NCBI GenBank assembly: GCA_964372275.1
Contig: CAYJRR010000024.1
Location: 1-40,894 of the forward strand
DNA: 40,894 bases
Direction of reading: 5' to 3'
Source: an uncultured bacterium
GTDB taxonomy: Bacteria; CAYJRR01
Each line of letters opens with the position of its first letter. Positions within the stretch are counted from its first letter, which is position 1. Of the stretch, positions 1 to 10,963 are shown in pieces. The notes below the pieces were generated by a model. That model searched no databases. It saw only the letters and a program-made list of their open reading frames with translations, and had not been told where the DNA came from. Made by a program: the position numbers and the translations under genes.

Positions 1-1347
<1,347 letters not shown>

Positions 1348-1369
1348 ACGGTCTTTTCTCTCCTGGCTT

Positions 1370-3394
1370 CTATTTCACCTTGGCGAGCGCGGCGTGCGTC
1401 TCGCGTAGCTCGACCAGGATGCGATTCATCCGGTCGGAATCGTGGAGGCGGTCGGCCGCGGCGTAGTCGAGCCGCAGCTCCTTCTCGCGGTCCTCGAGGG
1501 CGCGGCGTCGAAAGACCTGGCGGCATCGACCGAACGTCAGGTCGTCGGCCCCGGGGTCGCGTCCCCCCGGCTCGTCGGCCACCAGGGCGGTGATCACGCG
1601 GCGCTCCGCCTCGGTGAGGTCGGCGATATCGGACAGGACGGCGGCAACGTTCGGTTCATCGCGGCTGTCGTCTCCGTCGCCGCCGGAAGATCCTCGCACG
1701 ACAGCCTCGGCGATGCGTTCGCCGAGGCTGCGGAGGCCAGAGTCCCGGAATTGGAGGAGCGTCTGTTCGGCGCGAACGATACCAGCGATGCGTCGGCTCC
1801 CCAACATCAATCGCAGCAGCATCTCTTCGAAATTCCGTTCCTTGGCGGTCGCCGTTCGCAGCTTCTGGGCGACCGTCAGATCGGCCCCCGGGGGCGGTTC
1901 GGGCTCAAAACGGCCGCGGAAGCCCTTCGCCGACGTCCCGAAACGGTCGCGTCTATACTTCGTAAATCCAGAAGATCCAAAACGTTTTTGATGATCGACG
2001 ACGCGCGTGCCGGCGACCATCGGCGGGGACGCGGCCGCGCCCCCCGCCGGACTTGGAGCGTCACCGCCGCGTGCGGCGGCGCGCGAGGCGCCGCGGGCCA
2101 ACGCCTGGGCGACCGCCTCCGGACTCAAGCCCAGCTTCCCCGCCAGCTCGTTCGCGTACCCGGTCCGTTCCACCGGATTGGGTACCTTGGCGAAGACCGG
2201 CGCCACGCGCTCCAGGATCGCCGCGCGCTCGGCGGCCGACCTCCCCTTCGCCTTCTGCCCCAGGTCGCCGATGAAGTACTCGGCGAGGGGAACGGCACCC
2301 TCGAGAAACGTCGCGAACGCCTCCGGTCCGATCTCGCGCACGTAGGTGTCGGGATCGTGCCCCTGCGGGAGCCCCGCGTATCGCGCCGCGATCCCCGCCT
2401 CGAAGAAGATCGGAAGGGCGCGGATCGCGGCGCGGCGGCCGGCGTCGTCGCCGTCGTAGAGCAGGATCGCCGTCTTCGGCGCGAAGCGGCGCAACACCGC
2501 CAGGTGTCCGGGGGTGAGCGCCGTTCCGCAGGTCGCCACGACCTCGCCGATCCCGGCCTGGGCAAGACCGAGCAGGTCGAAGTACCCCTCGACCACGATC
2601 ACCCGCTCGGTCTTCCCGATCGGCGCGCGCGCGTGGTCGAGCCCGTAGAGCGCATCGGACTTCTTGTAGACCGGGCTTTCGGAGGAGTTGAGGTACTTCG
2701 GCGACGAATCGCCCGCGGTCGTCGGTCCGTCCATCTTGCGACCGCCGAAGCCGATGACCCGCCCGCGTCCGTTCGTCACCGGAAAGACGAGCCGCTCGTG
2801 AAAGCGGTCGTACAGGCCCGGCCCGCTCCGCCGGCGGGAGAACAGGCCCGCGCGCTCGCCGACGTTCGGGTCGTGGCGGTTGGCGCGCCACCAGATGGCG
2901 AGGGCGTCCCAGCCGGGACCGCAGTAGCCGAGGCCGAACGCCTCCTCGATCTCTCGGCCGATGCCGCGCTCGCGCAGGTAGTCGCGCGCGGCGCGCCCGG
3001 CGGCGGCGGCGAGCGTCCCCTGGAAGAAGGTTCGCGCCTGCTCGTTCGCCTCGAGCATCCGGTCGTTCTCGGTGCGCGCCGCCGCCTGCTCGGGGGTGAG
3101 CGGCGTCTTCGGAAGGTCGACGCCGCAGGCCTTGGCGAGCTCCTCCACCACCTCCATGAAGGCGCGGTTCTCCTGCTTCATCACGAAGCCGAAGACGTCC
3201 CCCCCTTCGCCGCAGCCGAAGCAGTGCCAGATGCCGCGCGCCTCGTTGACGTTGAACGAGGGGGTCTTCTCGCCGTGGAAGGGACACAGACCCTTGAGAG
3301 CGGTCCCGGACCGTGTGAGCGCGACGGTGCGCCCCACCACCTCCGCGAGGCTCGTCCTCGCGCGGATCTCCTCGATGATCTCCCGGGAAAGCAC
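1370..3394 (-). CDS. dnaG: DNA primase
   Basis: Zinc-binding [11 protein letters not shown]...[27 protein letters not shown] / YDGDDAG / DPD; position between yqeY and rpoD. Confidence 0.98.
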   Translation of the reverse strand: MLSREIIEEIRARTSLAEVVGRTVALTRSGTALKGLCPFHGEKTPSFNVNEARGIWHCFGCGEGGDVFGFVMKQENRAFMEVVEELAKACGVDLPKTPLTPEQAAARTENDRMLEANEQARTFFQGTLAAAAGRAARDYLRERGIGREIEEAFGLGYCGPGWDALAIWWRANRHDPNVGERAGLFSRRRSGPGLYDRFHERLVFPVTNGRGRVIGFGGRKMDGPTTAGDSSPKYLNSSESPVYKKSDALYGLDHARAPIGKTERVIVVEGYFDLLGLAQAGIGEVVATCGTALTPGHLAVLRRFAPKTAILLYDGDDAGRRAAIRALPIFFEAGIAARYAGLPQGHDPDTYVREIGPEAFATFLEGAVPLAEYFIGDLGQKAKGRSAAERAAILERVAPVFAKVPNPVERTGYANELAGKLGLSPEAVAQALARGASRAAARGGDAPSPAGGAAASPPMVAGTRVVDHQKRFGSSGFTKYRRDRFGTSAKGFRGRFEPEPPPGADLTVAQKLRTATAKERNFEEMLLRLMLGSRRIAGIVRAEQTLLQFRDSGLRSLGERIAEAVVRGSSGGDGDDSRDEPNVAAVLSDIADLTEAERRVITALVADEPGGRDPGADDLTFGRCRQVFRRRALEDREKELRLDYAAADRLHDSDRMNRILVELRETHAALAKVK
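1776..1804 (-). promoter_or_regulatory. Candidate internal sigma70 promoter for rpoD inside dnaG
   Basis: Minus strand TTGGGG-N17-TATCGT with an extended -10 TG (TGGTATCGT), in a less GC-biased part of dnaG about 430 nt upstream of the rpoD start. Confidence 0.35.
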
Positions 3395-3402
3395 CGACCC
3401 GC

Positions 3403-3846
3403 TTACGTGAGCTGAGCCTTCACCGCCGCGCTGATGCGGCCCCCTTCGGCGCGGCCGGCGAGCCGGGTCATGGCGGCCTTCATCACCTTCCCCATGTCCT
3501 TGGGACCTGCGGCTCCGGTCTCCCGGATGACGGCCGAGATCTCGGACGCGAGGGACGCGTCGTCGATCTGGCTCGGAAGGTAGGCCTCGAGGATCCGGAT
3601 CTCCGCCGACTCCTTGTCGACGAGATCCTGCCGCCCCCCCTTGGCGTACATCTCGACCGACTCCTTGCGCTGCTTGATCAACGTCTGCAGCACCGACGTC
3701 ACCTCGCCGTCGTCGAGGGGCGCCTTCTTGTCGATCTCCTTGTTCTTGAAGGTCGAGATCGCCATGCGCAGACAGTCGGTCTTGAGCGGATCGCGCGCCT
3801 TGGTGGCGGCGATCATGTCGGCCTGGATCTTCTCGCGTAACGTCAT
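3403..3846 (-). CDS. yqeY: GatB/YqeY domain protein
   Basis: MTLREKIQADMIAATKARD...LIKQRKESVEMYAKGGRQDLVDKESAEIRILEAYLP...KDMGKVMKAAM; ATG 3846 preceded by GGGAGAGG; usual rpsU-yqeY-dnaG synteny. Confidence 0.93.
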   Translation of the reverse strand: MTLREKIQADMIAATKARDPLKTDCLRMAISTFKNKEIDKKAPLDDGEVTSVLQTLIKQRKESVEMYAKGGRQDLVDKESAEIRILEAYLPSQIDDASLASEISAVIRETGAAGPKDMGKVMKAAMTRLAGRAEGGRISAAVKAQLT

Positions 3847-3901
3847 CGACCTCTCCCGGACGATGGAACGGGGCGCCGCGAGCGCGCGGCGCCCCACTTC
3901 G

Positions 3902-4117
3902 CTACCGCTCCACCTTCGGACGCTCCACTTTGGGGCGCCCCTTCTTCTTCGCCCGCTTGCGCGCGGCGATCGCCTTCTTCTTCTTCTTCACCGAAGGCTT
4001 CTCGTAGTGCTCGCGCTTGCGGATCTCGGAAAGGATCCCGCTCTTCTCGCACGCCTTCTTGAATCGGCGCAGCGCGCTCTCGAAACTCTCGCCTTCGCGG
4101 ACTCGGATTCCTGCCAT
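3902..4117 (-). CDS. rpsU: 30S ribosomal protein S21 (bS21)
   Basis: [42 protein letters not shown]; 71 aa. Confidence 0.98.
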   Translation of the reverse strand: MAGIRVREGESFESALRRFKKACEKSGILSEIRKREHYEKPSVKKKKKAIAARKRAKKKGRPKVERPKVER

Positions 4118-4209
4118 TCGAAGCTACCCCCTTTCGAGGCCCGATTGGGTCCCTCGCAGGACCCGCGGCCGTCACCTCCGCGGCCGAAGCGGCCGTTTCG
4201 GAACGGCGG

Positions 4210-4239
4210 ACGCTAGCACGCCGTCATCGCGAGCCGCAA
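4210..4239 (-). promoter_or_regulatory. Candidate sigma70 promoter of the rpsU operon
   Basis: Minus strand TTGCGG-N18-TAGCGT with extended TG (TGCTAGCGT), about 95 nt upstream of the rpsU ATG. Confidence 0.45.
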
Positions 4240-4271
4240 CCGGCGTCCGCCGCGGAACTCGCACGCCGGCG

Positions 4272-4724
4272 TCAGCGGTCGGCTTCGCAGAGGACGCGGT
4301 AGATCTCCTCCGGCCCCGCCGCGTCCAGCAGCGCCTCGCGCACCGGACGCGCGCGCAACAGGTTCGCGGCGCGCGCCAACGCCTTCAGGTGGACCGCCGG
4401 GAGATGCTCGGGGGTGAAGATGGCGAAGTACAGGCGCACCGCGCTCCCGTCGCCCGGACCCATCACCACCCCCTCTCTCGACCGCCCGAAACTGGCGGCG
4501 AGATTCCGGAGTCCGGGGTGGCGGGCGTGGGGAAGCGCCACGCCGTCGCCGACCCCCGTCGAGCTCAACGCCTCGCGCGCGAGCAGGCGGCGCACCAGGT
4601 CGGCCGGTTCGATCCCTTCCGACCGCGCCACGGGCCCGCAGACCTCGGCGAAGACCGACGCCGCATCGCGCCCACGAAGGTCCGCGAGGATCGCGTCTGG
4701 CCTAAGGAATTCGGAGATCCGCAT
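4272..4724 (-). CDS. PTS IIA domain protein (EIIA-Ntr/fructose type)
   Basis: LLAREALSSTGVGDGVALPHAR with the phospho-acceptor His, and HLKALA; 150 aa. Confidence 0.9.
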   Translation of the reverse strand: MRISEFLRPDAILADLRGRDAASVFAEVCGPVARSEGIEPADLVRRLLAREALSSTGVGDGVALPHARHPGLRNLAASFGRSREGVVMGPGDGSAVRLYFAIFTPEHLPAVHLKALARAANLLRARPVREALLDAAGPEEIYRVLCEADR

Positions 4725-4790
4725 GCCTCGGTCACGCGTGCATCGACGCGCGCCGGCCGAGTAGAACTCTGCGTGCCGCGATTGTCCAGG

Positions 4791-5639
4791 CTACAGGTCG
4801 GCCGGCGGCGCGGCGGTCGGCGCTTCGGGCGAGTCGACGCCGGCGGAGGACGGCGGCGCCGGCGCCGGTTTCGGACTTCGGTCGGTGGCGACGGTCAGGC
4901 CGAGGAACGGATAGGCGAAGACGCCATCCCCGCCGAACTGCTTCACCGGGTACTCCGTGCTCTCCAGGTAGAACGTGAGCCCCGGCGAGAGCTGGATGCG
5001 GCGGCCGAGGTTCAGGCCGATGAAGCCGCCGGCCTGCCAGAAGCTTCCACGGCGCGTGAAGGAATCGGTCACCTCGTCGGTGTCGGGGTCCCGCTCCTCG
5101 AAGTCGGCGACCCCCGAGAACAAGGTCAGCACCGGGCCGCCGTAGATCGCGAGGTAGTCGTTGGCGTGCAGCGAGATCGTGAACGGAAGGTCGACCACGG
5201 TGCCGGCCACGGTGTAGCTCCCCTCGACCGTCGGAGGATCGCCGATGCTGTAGTCGCCGCCGTCCCGGAAGCGGCCGACCGACACCTCGAGCGCGGTCTT
5301 GAACTCCGGCCGGTTCACGAGGGTGTGCCTCGCGCCGACCTTCCAGCCGGCCGGGAAGAGCTTGCCGAGGACCTCGGTGCGGTCGGCGATCCCGTAGTGG
5401 AGCTCGAGGTCGATCGGCAGAAACGTGAAGGCGTGGTGGTCCACCACCCGATCGCCGTCCTCGTTCTCCCGGTCGAGGCCGTAGGCCCCCGACTTCTGGA
5501 TGTGGATCCCCCCGCCCCCCTGGACGTTCCCCTTTCCCAGCGGCTTGGCGGTTTGGTAGTGCGAAACCGAGATCGGAGCGCAGGCCGCGGCGAGGACGAG
5601 CGGCAGCGCGCGCGCGGCGATGGACGCGAGACGTGTCAT
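4791..5639 (-). CDS. Putative lipoprotein / outer-membrane beta-barrel-like hypothetical protein
   Basis: ATG 5639 after GGAGGGGG; lipobox LAAAC; QTAKPLGKG then alternating beta-strands (LHYGIADRTEV, GGFIGLNLG, PFLGLTV); Pro/Ala tail. Confidence 0.7.
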   Translation of the reverse strand: MTRLASIAARALPLVLAAACAPISVSHYQTAKPLGKGNVQGGGGIHIQKSGAYGLDRENEDGDRVVDHHAFTFLPIDLELHYGIADRTEVLGKLFPAGWKVGARHTLVNRPEFKTALEVSVGRFRDGGDYSIGDPPTVEGSYTVAGTVVDLPFTISLHANDYLAIYGGPVLTLFSGVADFEERDPDTDEVTDSFTRRGSFWQAGGFIGLNLGRRIQLSPGLTFYLESTEYPVKQFGGDGVFAYPFLGLTVATDRSPKPAPAPPSSAGVDSPEAPTAAPPADL

Positions 5640-5746
5640 GGACCCCCTCCACGCGGAGCGTATCCCCGGAGGTTCTCCGCGTCGAGGCGTGCCACGCGGC
5701 GCGCGCGGTGTATCCCGGAGACGCCTCGGCCCCGGGTGCGCCTCCC

Positions 5747-7159
5747 TCAACCTTTCGTATCGGCCGCGATCGGGACGACGTCGGCGAGCTTCTTCTCCGC
5801 CTTCTTTCCGATCGCGCCGGCCGCCGGAAGCGCCGCCGCCGCCGTCCCCGGCGCCGAGGCCGCGCTGCCGGGCAGCGGCGCGGCGAGCGGTTCGGCCTCC
5901 GGCTCGGGCGTGACGCGGCTCCCCGCCCCCGCCAGGAACGCCGTCTCACGGCTCTCGTAGTGATCGGCGACCTTCTTCACGTCGAAGCGGTTCATCGTCG
6001 CCGAATGGGTGAACATGGCGTCGACCCAGTCCATGTTCCGGTACCAGGCGGGGATGTAGGTGGGACCGACCACCAGCCCCTCCCGCATCAGCTCGCGCAC
6101 CAGCGCCACGTCGTCGACGTGCATCTTGCCGGCGAGGAAGGCGCGCAAGGAGTCGGTGTCCCCTTTGAGGAGGATGGTGCGGAAGAAGTTGAACGTCTTG
6201 CAGTAGCCCCGCTGGTAGCAGGCGTCCTTGGTGAACGGGGCGCCGCCATTCAGATCGCCACCTCGAAAAATCCGTTCGCACATCGCGGCCGACTTTTGCG
6301 GAGCGAACTTCAGGAGGAAATAGTTGTAGACCTGGAGGAAGTTGGCGCCGCGCTGGGCCATGTCGACGCCGATCGTCCGTTCCCCCAGCTCGATGAAGCG
6401 GTTGTTGGTGACGCTGCCGGTCAGGTACTCGGCCAGGATCGCGCCCCCCTCCTGGCACTCGGTGAATCGCGGGAGGCCGATCCCCAGCACGCTCAAGGTC
6501 GGCTGCCGGAAGCCGTTGAGCGAGGTGAGCACGTGCCACAGCCCCTCGTGATGGGCCAAGGCCCGCACCTTGGCCTCGGAGAACCACTCCCCCTTCTTCA
6601 CCGCCACGGTCGTCGCCCCGGCGGCGGCGTTGGAGGTGATCCGCTCCGACTCCTTGATCCGGCACTTCCGGCCGAGGTGTTGCTCGACGATGACGCGGAT
6701 CCGCTCCACCGCCTCGCCGGAGGGGATGTCGAACACCTCGTGCTTCGACGGCGGGCGCCCGGCCCACAGCTTGGCGATCGCCAGGTTGTCGACCGACTCG
6801 TCGACGAACCCGTCGTCGGCGCGCCCGTAGACCTTGATCGAGAACTCGTTGAATCGCTTCGTCCCGCGCGCCTCGAGCATGCGGACGACGTCGACGAACT
6901 CGTCGCATTTCCGCCGAAGCAGCTCCTCGAGCGGGTTCTGCCCCTGGATGTCGCGCCCGATCCCCTCCAGCTCCTCGATCTTCTCCTTCACGTCGAACGG
7001 CAGCGGCGCGTAGACCGGGCGCGGAAGCTGCGTCGCGTTGCGGGCGAAAAATCGCCGGTGGACGTTGTCGTCCCAGTTGATCGCCTTCAGGATCCGGATC
7101 GGGCGCTGCGCCGCGACGAGACGGTCGGAGAGCTTCCCGATGTACTCACGGCCCGTCAC
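5747..7159 (-). CDS. QEGLA-motif / DUF1704 family metallopeptidase (MATCAP/TMCP-like Tyr/Phe carboxypeptidase domain)
   Basis: HEGLWH zinc motif, TSLNG, QEGGAILAEY (QEGLA variant), RIFRGG...FTKDACYQRG. Start placed at GTG 7159, just after a strong promoter; the longer ORF to 7315 overlaps the divergent gene. Confidence 0.88.
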   Translation of the reverse strand: MTGREYIGKLSDRLVAAQRPIRILKAINWDDNVHRRFFARNATQLPRPVYAPLPFDVKEKIEELEGIGRDIQGQNPLEELLRRKCDEFVDVVRMLEARGTKRFNEFSIKVYGRADDGFVDESVDNLAIAKLWAGRPPSKHEVFDIPSGEAVERIRVIVEQHLGRKCRIKESERITSNAAAGATTVAVKKGEWFSEAKVRALAHHEGLWHVLTSLNGFRQPTLSVLGIGLPRFTECQEGGAILAEYLTGSVTNNRFIELGERTIGVDMAQRGANFLQVYNYFLLKFAPQKSAAMCERIFRGGDLNGGAPFTKDACYQRGYCKTFNFFRTILLKGDTDSLRAFLAGKMHVDDVALVRELMREGLVVGPTYIPAWYRNMDWVDAMFTHSATMNRFDVKKVADHYESRETAFLAGAGSRVTPEPEAEPLAAPLPGSAASAPGTAAAALPAAGAIGKKAEKKLADVVPIAADTKG

Positions 7160-7167
7160 CTCCTGAA

Positions 7168-7196
7168 ATGATAAGTCTTTTCGCGGAGATTCGCAA
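7168..7196 (-). promoter_or_regulatory. sigma70 promoter for the QEGLA/DUF1704 gene
   Basis: Minus strand TTGCGA-N17-TATCAT, 8 nt before GTG 7159, in an AT-rich divergent intergenic region. The + strand also has an extended -10 (TGTTACGAT, 7204-7212) before ATG 7222. Confidence 0.6.
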
Positions 7197-7221
7197 TCGC
7201 GCGTGTTACGATGGAGCGGCC

Positions 7222-8574
7222 ATGCGGCACGTCGTCGCGTCCGCGGCGCTTGTCCTCGCGGCCCTCCTCCCCAGCACGGCCCCGGGCCAGCCGATCGCGG
7301 GTCCCGATCGCGCATTGCTGCGCCGCGCGGTCGGCGAGGAGTTCGTCGACCGCCTCGACATCCTCTGGTTCGAGCAGGGGCGCTTCGTCTTCGCCTACGG
7401 CAACGGCCGGCTCTTCGGCATCGACGTGCGGGCGGCGATGGGGAATCCGGCGGCGCTGCGCAGCACCACCGGGATCAAGTGGGAGAACTTCCTCGCCCAC
7501 TTCAACAGCCGCCTGGTGCTTCTCGCCTCGCAGTTCCCGGGGCAGCTCTATCCCGACGGCGTGCGGGTGCAGGAGCGGATCGTCTTCCGGGGACTCACCG
7601 AGCCGTTCAACGACATGGCGCTCGAGGAGCAGATCGACCTCGCCGGCTACCTGATGCGCACCTCGGCGCTGGCCGGGGCCAACGAAGACGAGACGATGCG
7701 GGCCTTCGCCTTCGCCGGCTACTTCGGCGGCGGGCTCGGAGCCGCCTACATGCTGTCGCAGAACAGCGTCACCCTCCCCGTCACCTTCAAGCTCCACAAG
7801 GGGCAGATCGGCACCCGTCCCTACGACGTGCGGTGGCGGGTGCGCGTCGACGAGCTGGGGTTCGGGACGACGCGTCACCCCGACCTCTCCACGCGGCTGT
7901 CGCTTCGGCTCCAGAACTTCTCGGAAGGGCGGATCGACTTCGGCTGGAAGGACGCCTTCCACGGCTCCCGCCCGGCGAGGTTGTTCGTCCGCGGCACGCA
8001 GGACTGGCGCCGCTATGGAACCTACTACGTCGCCGCCGACCAGACCTGGAACCCGGTACGGCAGCGGAACGACTACGGCTGGCTGGTCGGGGCGCAGGCC
8101 GACGTGATCTCCCCGGGGCGCGAAGGGGACAGCCGGGTGCGGACCGGTTTCGAATATTCGATGAAGAACGCTACCAAGCTTCCGGAGCGCTATCTGCTCG
8201 ACCTCTACCACCGGCAGAGTCTGTTCCGCGGCCTGCGGGACTTCGTCATCCAGGGGCGCGGCGCGTTGCTCGTCGACGGGATCCGCTTCCGCGGGGTCGG
8301 GGGAGAGCTGCGCGCGTCGTACCTGATCGGCAGCAACGTGCCGCGATACTCGACCGCCTACTCGCGCGCCGACTGGGACCGGTTCGCCCGCATCTACGTG
8401 CTGGTGGAAGGGGACACCGTCGACCGGCGCAAGCGCGCCTGGAGCGCGCGCGTCGTCTATGCCGCCCCCTTCGACATCGACCGCGCGGTGGAGTCGATCG
8501 TCGGGCGCGTCGATCGTTGGCTCCACCCGGTCCCCGACGGCGACGAGAACGATCCGGAGACCGGCCCGACATGA
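7222..8574 (+). CDS. Secreted hypothetical protein with beta-strand-rich C-terminal half (possible outer-membrane protein)
   Basis: ATG 7222 after GGAG; signal peptide MRHVVASAALVLAALLPSTAPG; strong GC3 bias; aromatic-rich alternating strands; TGA overlaps the next ATG (ATGA). Confidence 0.7.
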   Translation: MRHVVASAALVLAALLPSTAPGQPIAGPDRALLRRAVGEEFVDRLDILWFEQGRFVFAYGNGRLFGIDVRAAMGNPAALRSTTGIKWENFLAHFNSRLVLLASQFPGQLYPDGVRVQERIVFRGLTEPFNDMALEEQIDLAGYLMRTSALAGANEDETMRAFAFAGYFGGGLGAAYMLSQNSVTLPVTFKLHKGQIGTRPYDVRWRVRVDELGFGTTRHPDLSTRLSLRLQNFSEGRIDFGWKDAFHGSRPARLFVRGTQDWRRYGTYYVAADQTWNPVRQRNDYGWLVGAQADVISPGREGDSRVRTGFEYSMKNATKLPERYLLDLYHRQSLFRGLRDFVIQGRGALLVDGIRFRGVGGELRASYLIGSNVPRYSTAYSRADWDRFARIYVLVEGDTVDRRKRAWSARVVYAAPFDIDRAVESIVGRVDRWLHPVPDGDENDPETGPT

Positions 8575-10955
8575 CCGGCTCCGCCCGCCCGCCGCGCCGG
8601 CGATTCCGGATCTCGCTCACGCTCGAGCTGATGAGCGTGATGTCGGCGGCGCTGATCGTCGGCCTGGTGCTGGTGATCGGCGCCAGCGAGCGCTTCCTGC
8701 GCAGCACCGGCGCCGAGCTGATCGCCGACCAGGACCGCATCGCCTCCGGGATCCTCGTGCAGTCGGCGATCGCGCTGAAGGAGCAGGCGGAGCGCACGCT
8801 CGCGCAGGTGGTGCGCGACAAGGCGCGACAGCTCGACGCGTCGTTCCGGGGTGTGGAACGGATCGTCAACCTCGAGGTCGCCACCTCGGAACGGCTGCTG
8901 GCCTCGCCGGAGGCGGCACCGGACGTGACGCTGGTCGAAACGACCGTCTTCAACGACCCCCGCCGCCGCCCCGGCGACTTCCGACCCGAGCCGGGGAAGG
9001 ACCGCAAGGTCTCGTTGGGCACCGTCCTCTGGCACCGCGCCCCCGGCGCGGATCCCGACGCGACCGAACGGGTGCTCCGCCGCTTGCGCGGATCCGGGTT
9101 CCTGCTGCGCACGCTCTATCGCGAGAACCCGCTCTCCGCGTGGATCTACCTGGGGACGGAGGAGGGGCTCTACCTCGGCTATCCCGCCGACGACAGCATC
9201 GATCCGGGCTACGACCCGCGCGCGCGCGACTGGTATCGCGAGGCGAAGCGGCGGCGCGCGCTGACCTGGTCCCTGCCCTACGTCGACACCTCCGGGACGC
9301 TCCTCATCACCTGCTCCCGACCCTTCTTCCGCGTCTCGCCTGAGACCGGTGGCCGGGAGGTGGCAGGGGTCGCGGCCGCGGACGTCACGATCGAACAGCT
9401 CAACGGAATGATCGGCGAGCTGGAGGCCGGCTTCCAGGGATACGCCTTCCTCCTCGACGACAGCGGGCGGGTGATCACCAGCCCCGACATCCGTGCGGGG
9501 AAGACCCGCTGGGACCAGGTATTCCGGACCGAGAACCTGCTCGAGGACGAGCATCCCGACCTCGCCGCCGCGGCGCGGCGGATGGTCGGCGGCGAGTCCG
9601 GGGTGGTCGAGCTCGACCGCGGCGAAGGGCCGCAGGTCCTCGCCTTCGCGCACGTCGAGGCCACCGACTGGTCGTTGGGGGTTCTGCTGCCGCAGGAGGC
9701 GCTGGTCGGACCGGCGAAACGCCACGAGGAGGCGCTGGAGGAGCGCTTCCGCGCCGGCACCGAGCGGATCGGAGAACGGGTCGACGCGGCGCGGACGCGG
9801 TTCGGCGCCTGGGGGATCTTCGGCGTCTTCCTGCTGGTGACGACGATCATCGGCTTCGTCTACCTTCGCCTGACGCGGCCGATCCGCGGATTCATCAAGG
9901 ACATCCGCGTCATCGGGCGCGGGAACCTGGACCACAAGGTGACCTCCGCCACGGAGAACGAGCTGGGCGATCTGGCGGCGGCGTTCAACGACCTGACGGC
10001 GGAGGTCAAGCGATCGCGCGACCAGATCGAGGAGTACAGCCGCACGCTCGAGCGCCGGGTCGAGGAGAGGACCGCGGCCCTCGAAGCGTCGAACGTCGAG
10101 CTGGAGGACGCCCTCAAGCGACTCAAGGAGGCCCAGGGGCGGATGGTCCATTCGGAGAAGATGGCGTCGCTGGGACAGCTCGTCGCCGGCATCGCGCACG
10201 AGATCAACAACCCGGTGAACTTCATCGCCAACAGCGTCGCGCCGCTGCAAGGGGCGCTGGACGACTTCGCGCGGCTGGCGGCACTCCACGAGAAGGGGGC
10301 CGGCGCGGACGAGATCGCCGCGGCCAAGGAGGAGGTCGGATTCGACGAGGCGGTCTCCACCATGCGGCGCGCGCTGGAGCTGGTGCGGACCGGCGCCGGC
10401 CGGACCAAGGAGATCGTCCTCCAGCTGCGCAACTTCTCGCGCCTGGACGAGGCGGAGATGAAGGAGGCCGACCTGCACGAAGGACTCGACGGTTCGCTCG
10501 CCCTGCTCAACTACCGGCTCAAGGACCGGATCGAGGTGGTGCGGGACTATGGGGAGATCGGACGCATCCACTGCAATCCGGGTCAGCTCAACCAGGTCTT
10601 CATGAACCTGCTCTCCAACGCGGTGCAGGCGATCCAGGAGACCGGGGAGTCCCCCGGCGGAGCCCGAACGGGCGGAGGGACCAAGGGGACGATCACCGTC
10701 ATCACGCGGCGCGCCGGTGACGAGGTGACGGTCCGGATCCGCGACACCGGCGCGGGGATCGACCCCGCGCATTTGCCGCGCATCTTCGAGCCGTTCTTCA
10801 CCACCAAGGCCAAGGACCTGGGAACGGGACTGGGATTGGCGATCTCGCAGGAGATCGTGACCAAGCACGGCGGGCGCATCGACGTGACGAGCGAGAGTGG
10901 CCAGGGGACGGAGTTCGTGATAACCCTGCCCGCAGGCGTCCGCCTGCCGTCCTAG
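8571..10955 (+). CDS. Membrane sensor histidine kinase (TM-dCache-TM-HAMP-HisKA-HATPase)
   Basis: True start ATG 8571; dCache motif YDPRARDWY...WSLPYVD; HAMP ENELGDLAAAFN; H-box GIAHEINNPVNFI; N-box QVFMNLLSNA; G1 DTGAGI; F/G2 FEPFFTTK...GTGLGL. Confidence 0.95.
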   Translation: MTGSARPPRRRFRISLTLELMSVMSAALIVGLVLVIGASERFLRSTGAELIADQDRIASGILVQSAIALKEQAERTLAQVVRDKARQLDASFRGVERIVNLEVATSERLLASPEAAPDVTLVETTVFNDPRRRPGDFRPEPGKDRKVSLGTVLWHRAPGADPDATERVLRRLRGSGFLLRTLYRENPLSAWIYLGTEEGLYLGYPADDSIDPGYDPRARDWYREAKRRRALTWSLPYVDTSGTLLITCSRPFFRVSPETGGREVAGVAAADVTIEQLNGMIGELEAGFQGYAFLLDDSGRVITSPDIRAGKTRWDQVFRTENLLEDEHPDLAAAARRMVGGESGVVELDRGEGPQVLAFAHVEATDWSLGVLLPQEALVGPAKRHEEALEERFRAGTERIGERVDAARTRFGAWGIFGVFLLVTTIIGFVYLRLTRPIRGFIKDIRVIGRGNLDHKVTSATENELGDLAAAFNDLTAEVKRSRDQIEEYSRTLERRVEERTAALEASNVELEDALKRLKEAQGRMVHSEKMASLGQLVAGIAHEINNPVNFIANSVAPLQGALDDFARLAALHEKGAGADEIAAAKEEVGFDEAVSTMRRALELVRTGAGRTKEIVLQLRNFSRLDEAEMKEADLHEGLDGSLALLNYRLKDRIEVVRDYGEIGRIHCNPGQLNQVFMNLLSNAVQAIQETGESPGGARTGGGTKGTITVITRRAGDEVTVRIRDTGAGIDPAHLPRIFEPFFTTKAKDLGTGLGLAISQEIVTKHGGRIDVTSESGQGTEFVITLPAGVRLPS

Positions 10956-10963
10956 AAGCTCTG

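Noticed and set aside
3905..3934. [10 protein letters not shown] duplication at the S21 C-terminus
   Set aside because: Short variable tail, common in bS21; no evidence of special function.
4272..4724. Naming the PTS IIA gene ptsN
   Set aside because: The family is clear, but the rpoN-hpf-rapZ context is absent, so the specific symbol is not supported.
7203..8570. N-terminal extension making the histidine kinase 1250 aa
   Set aside because: Out-of-frame overlap with the 7222-8574 gene and Arg-rich composition. The real start is ATG 8571.
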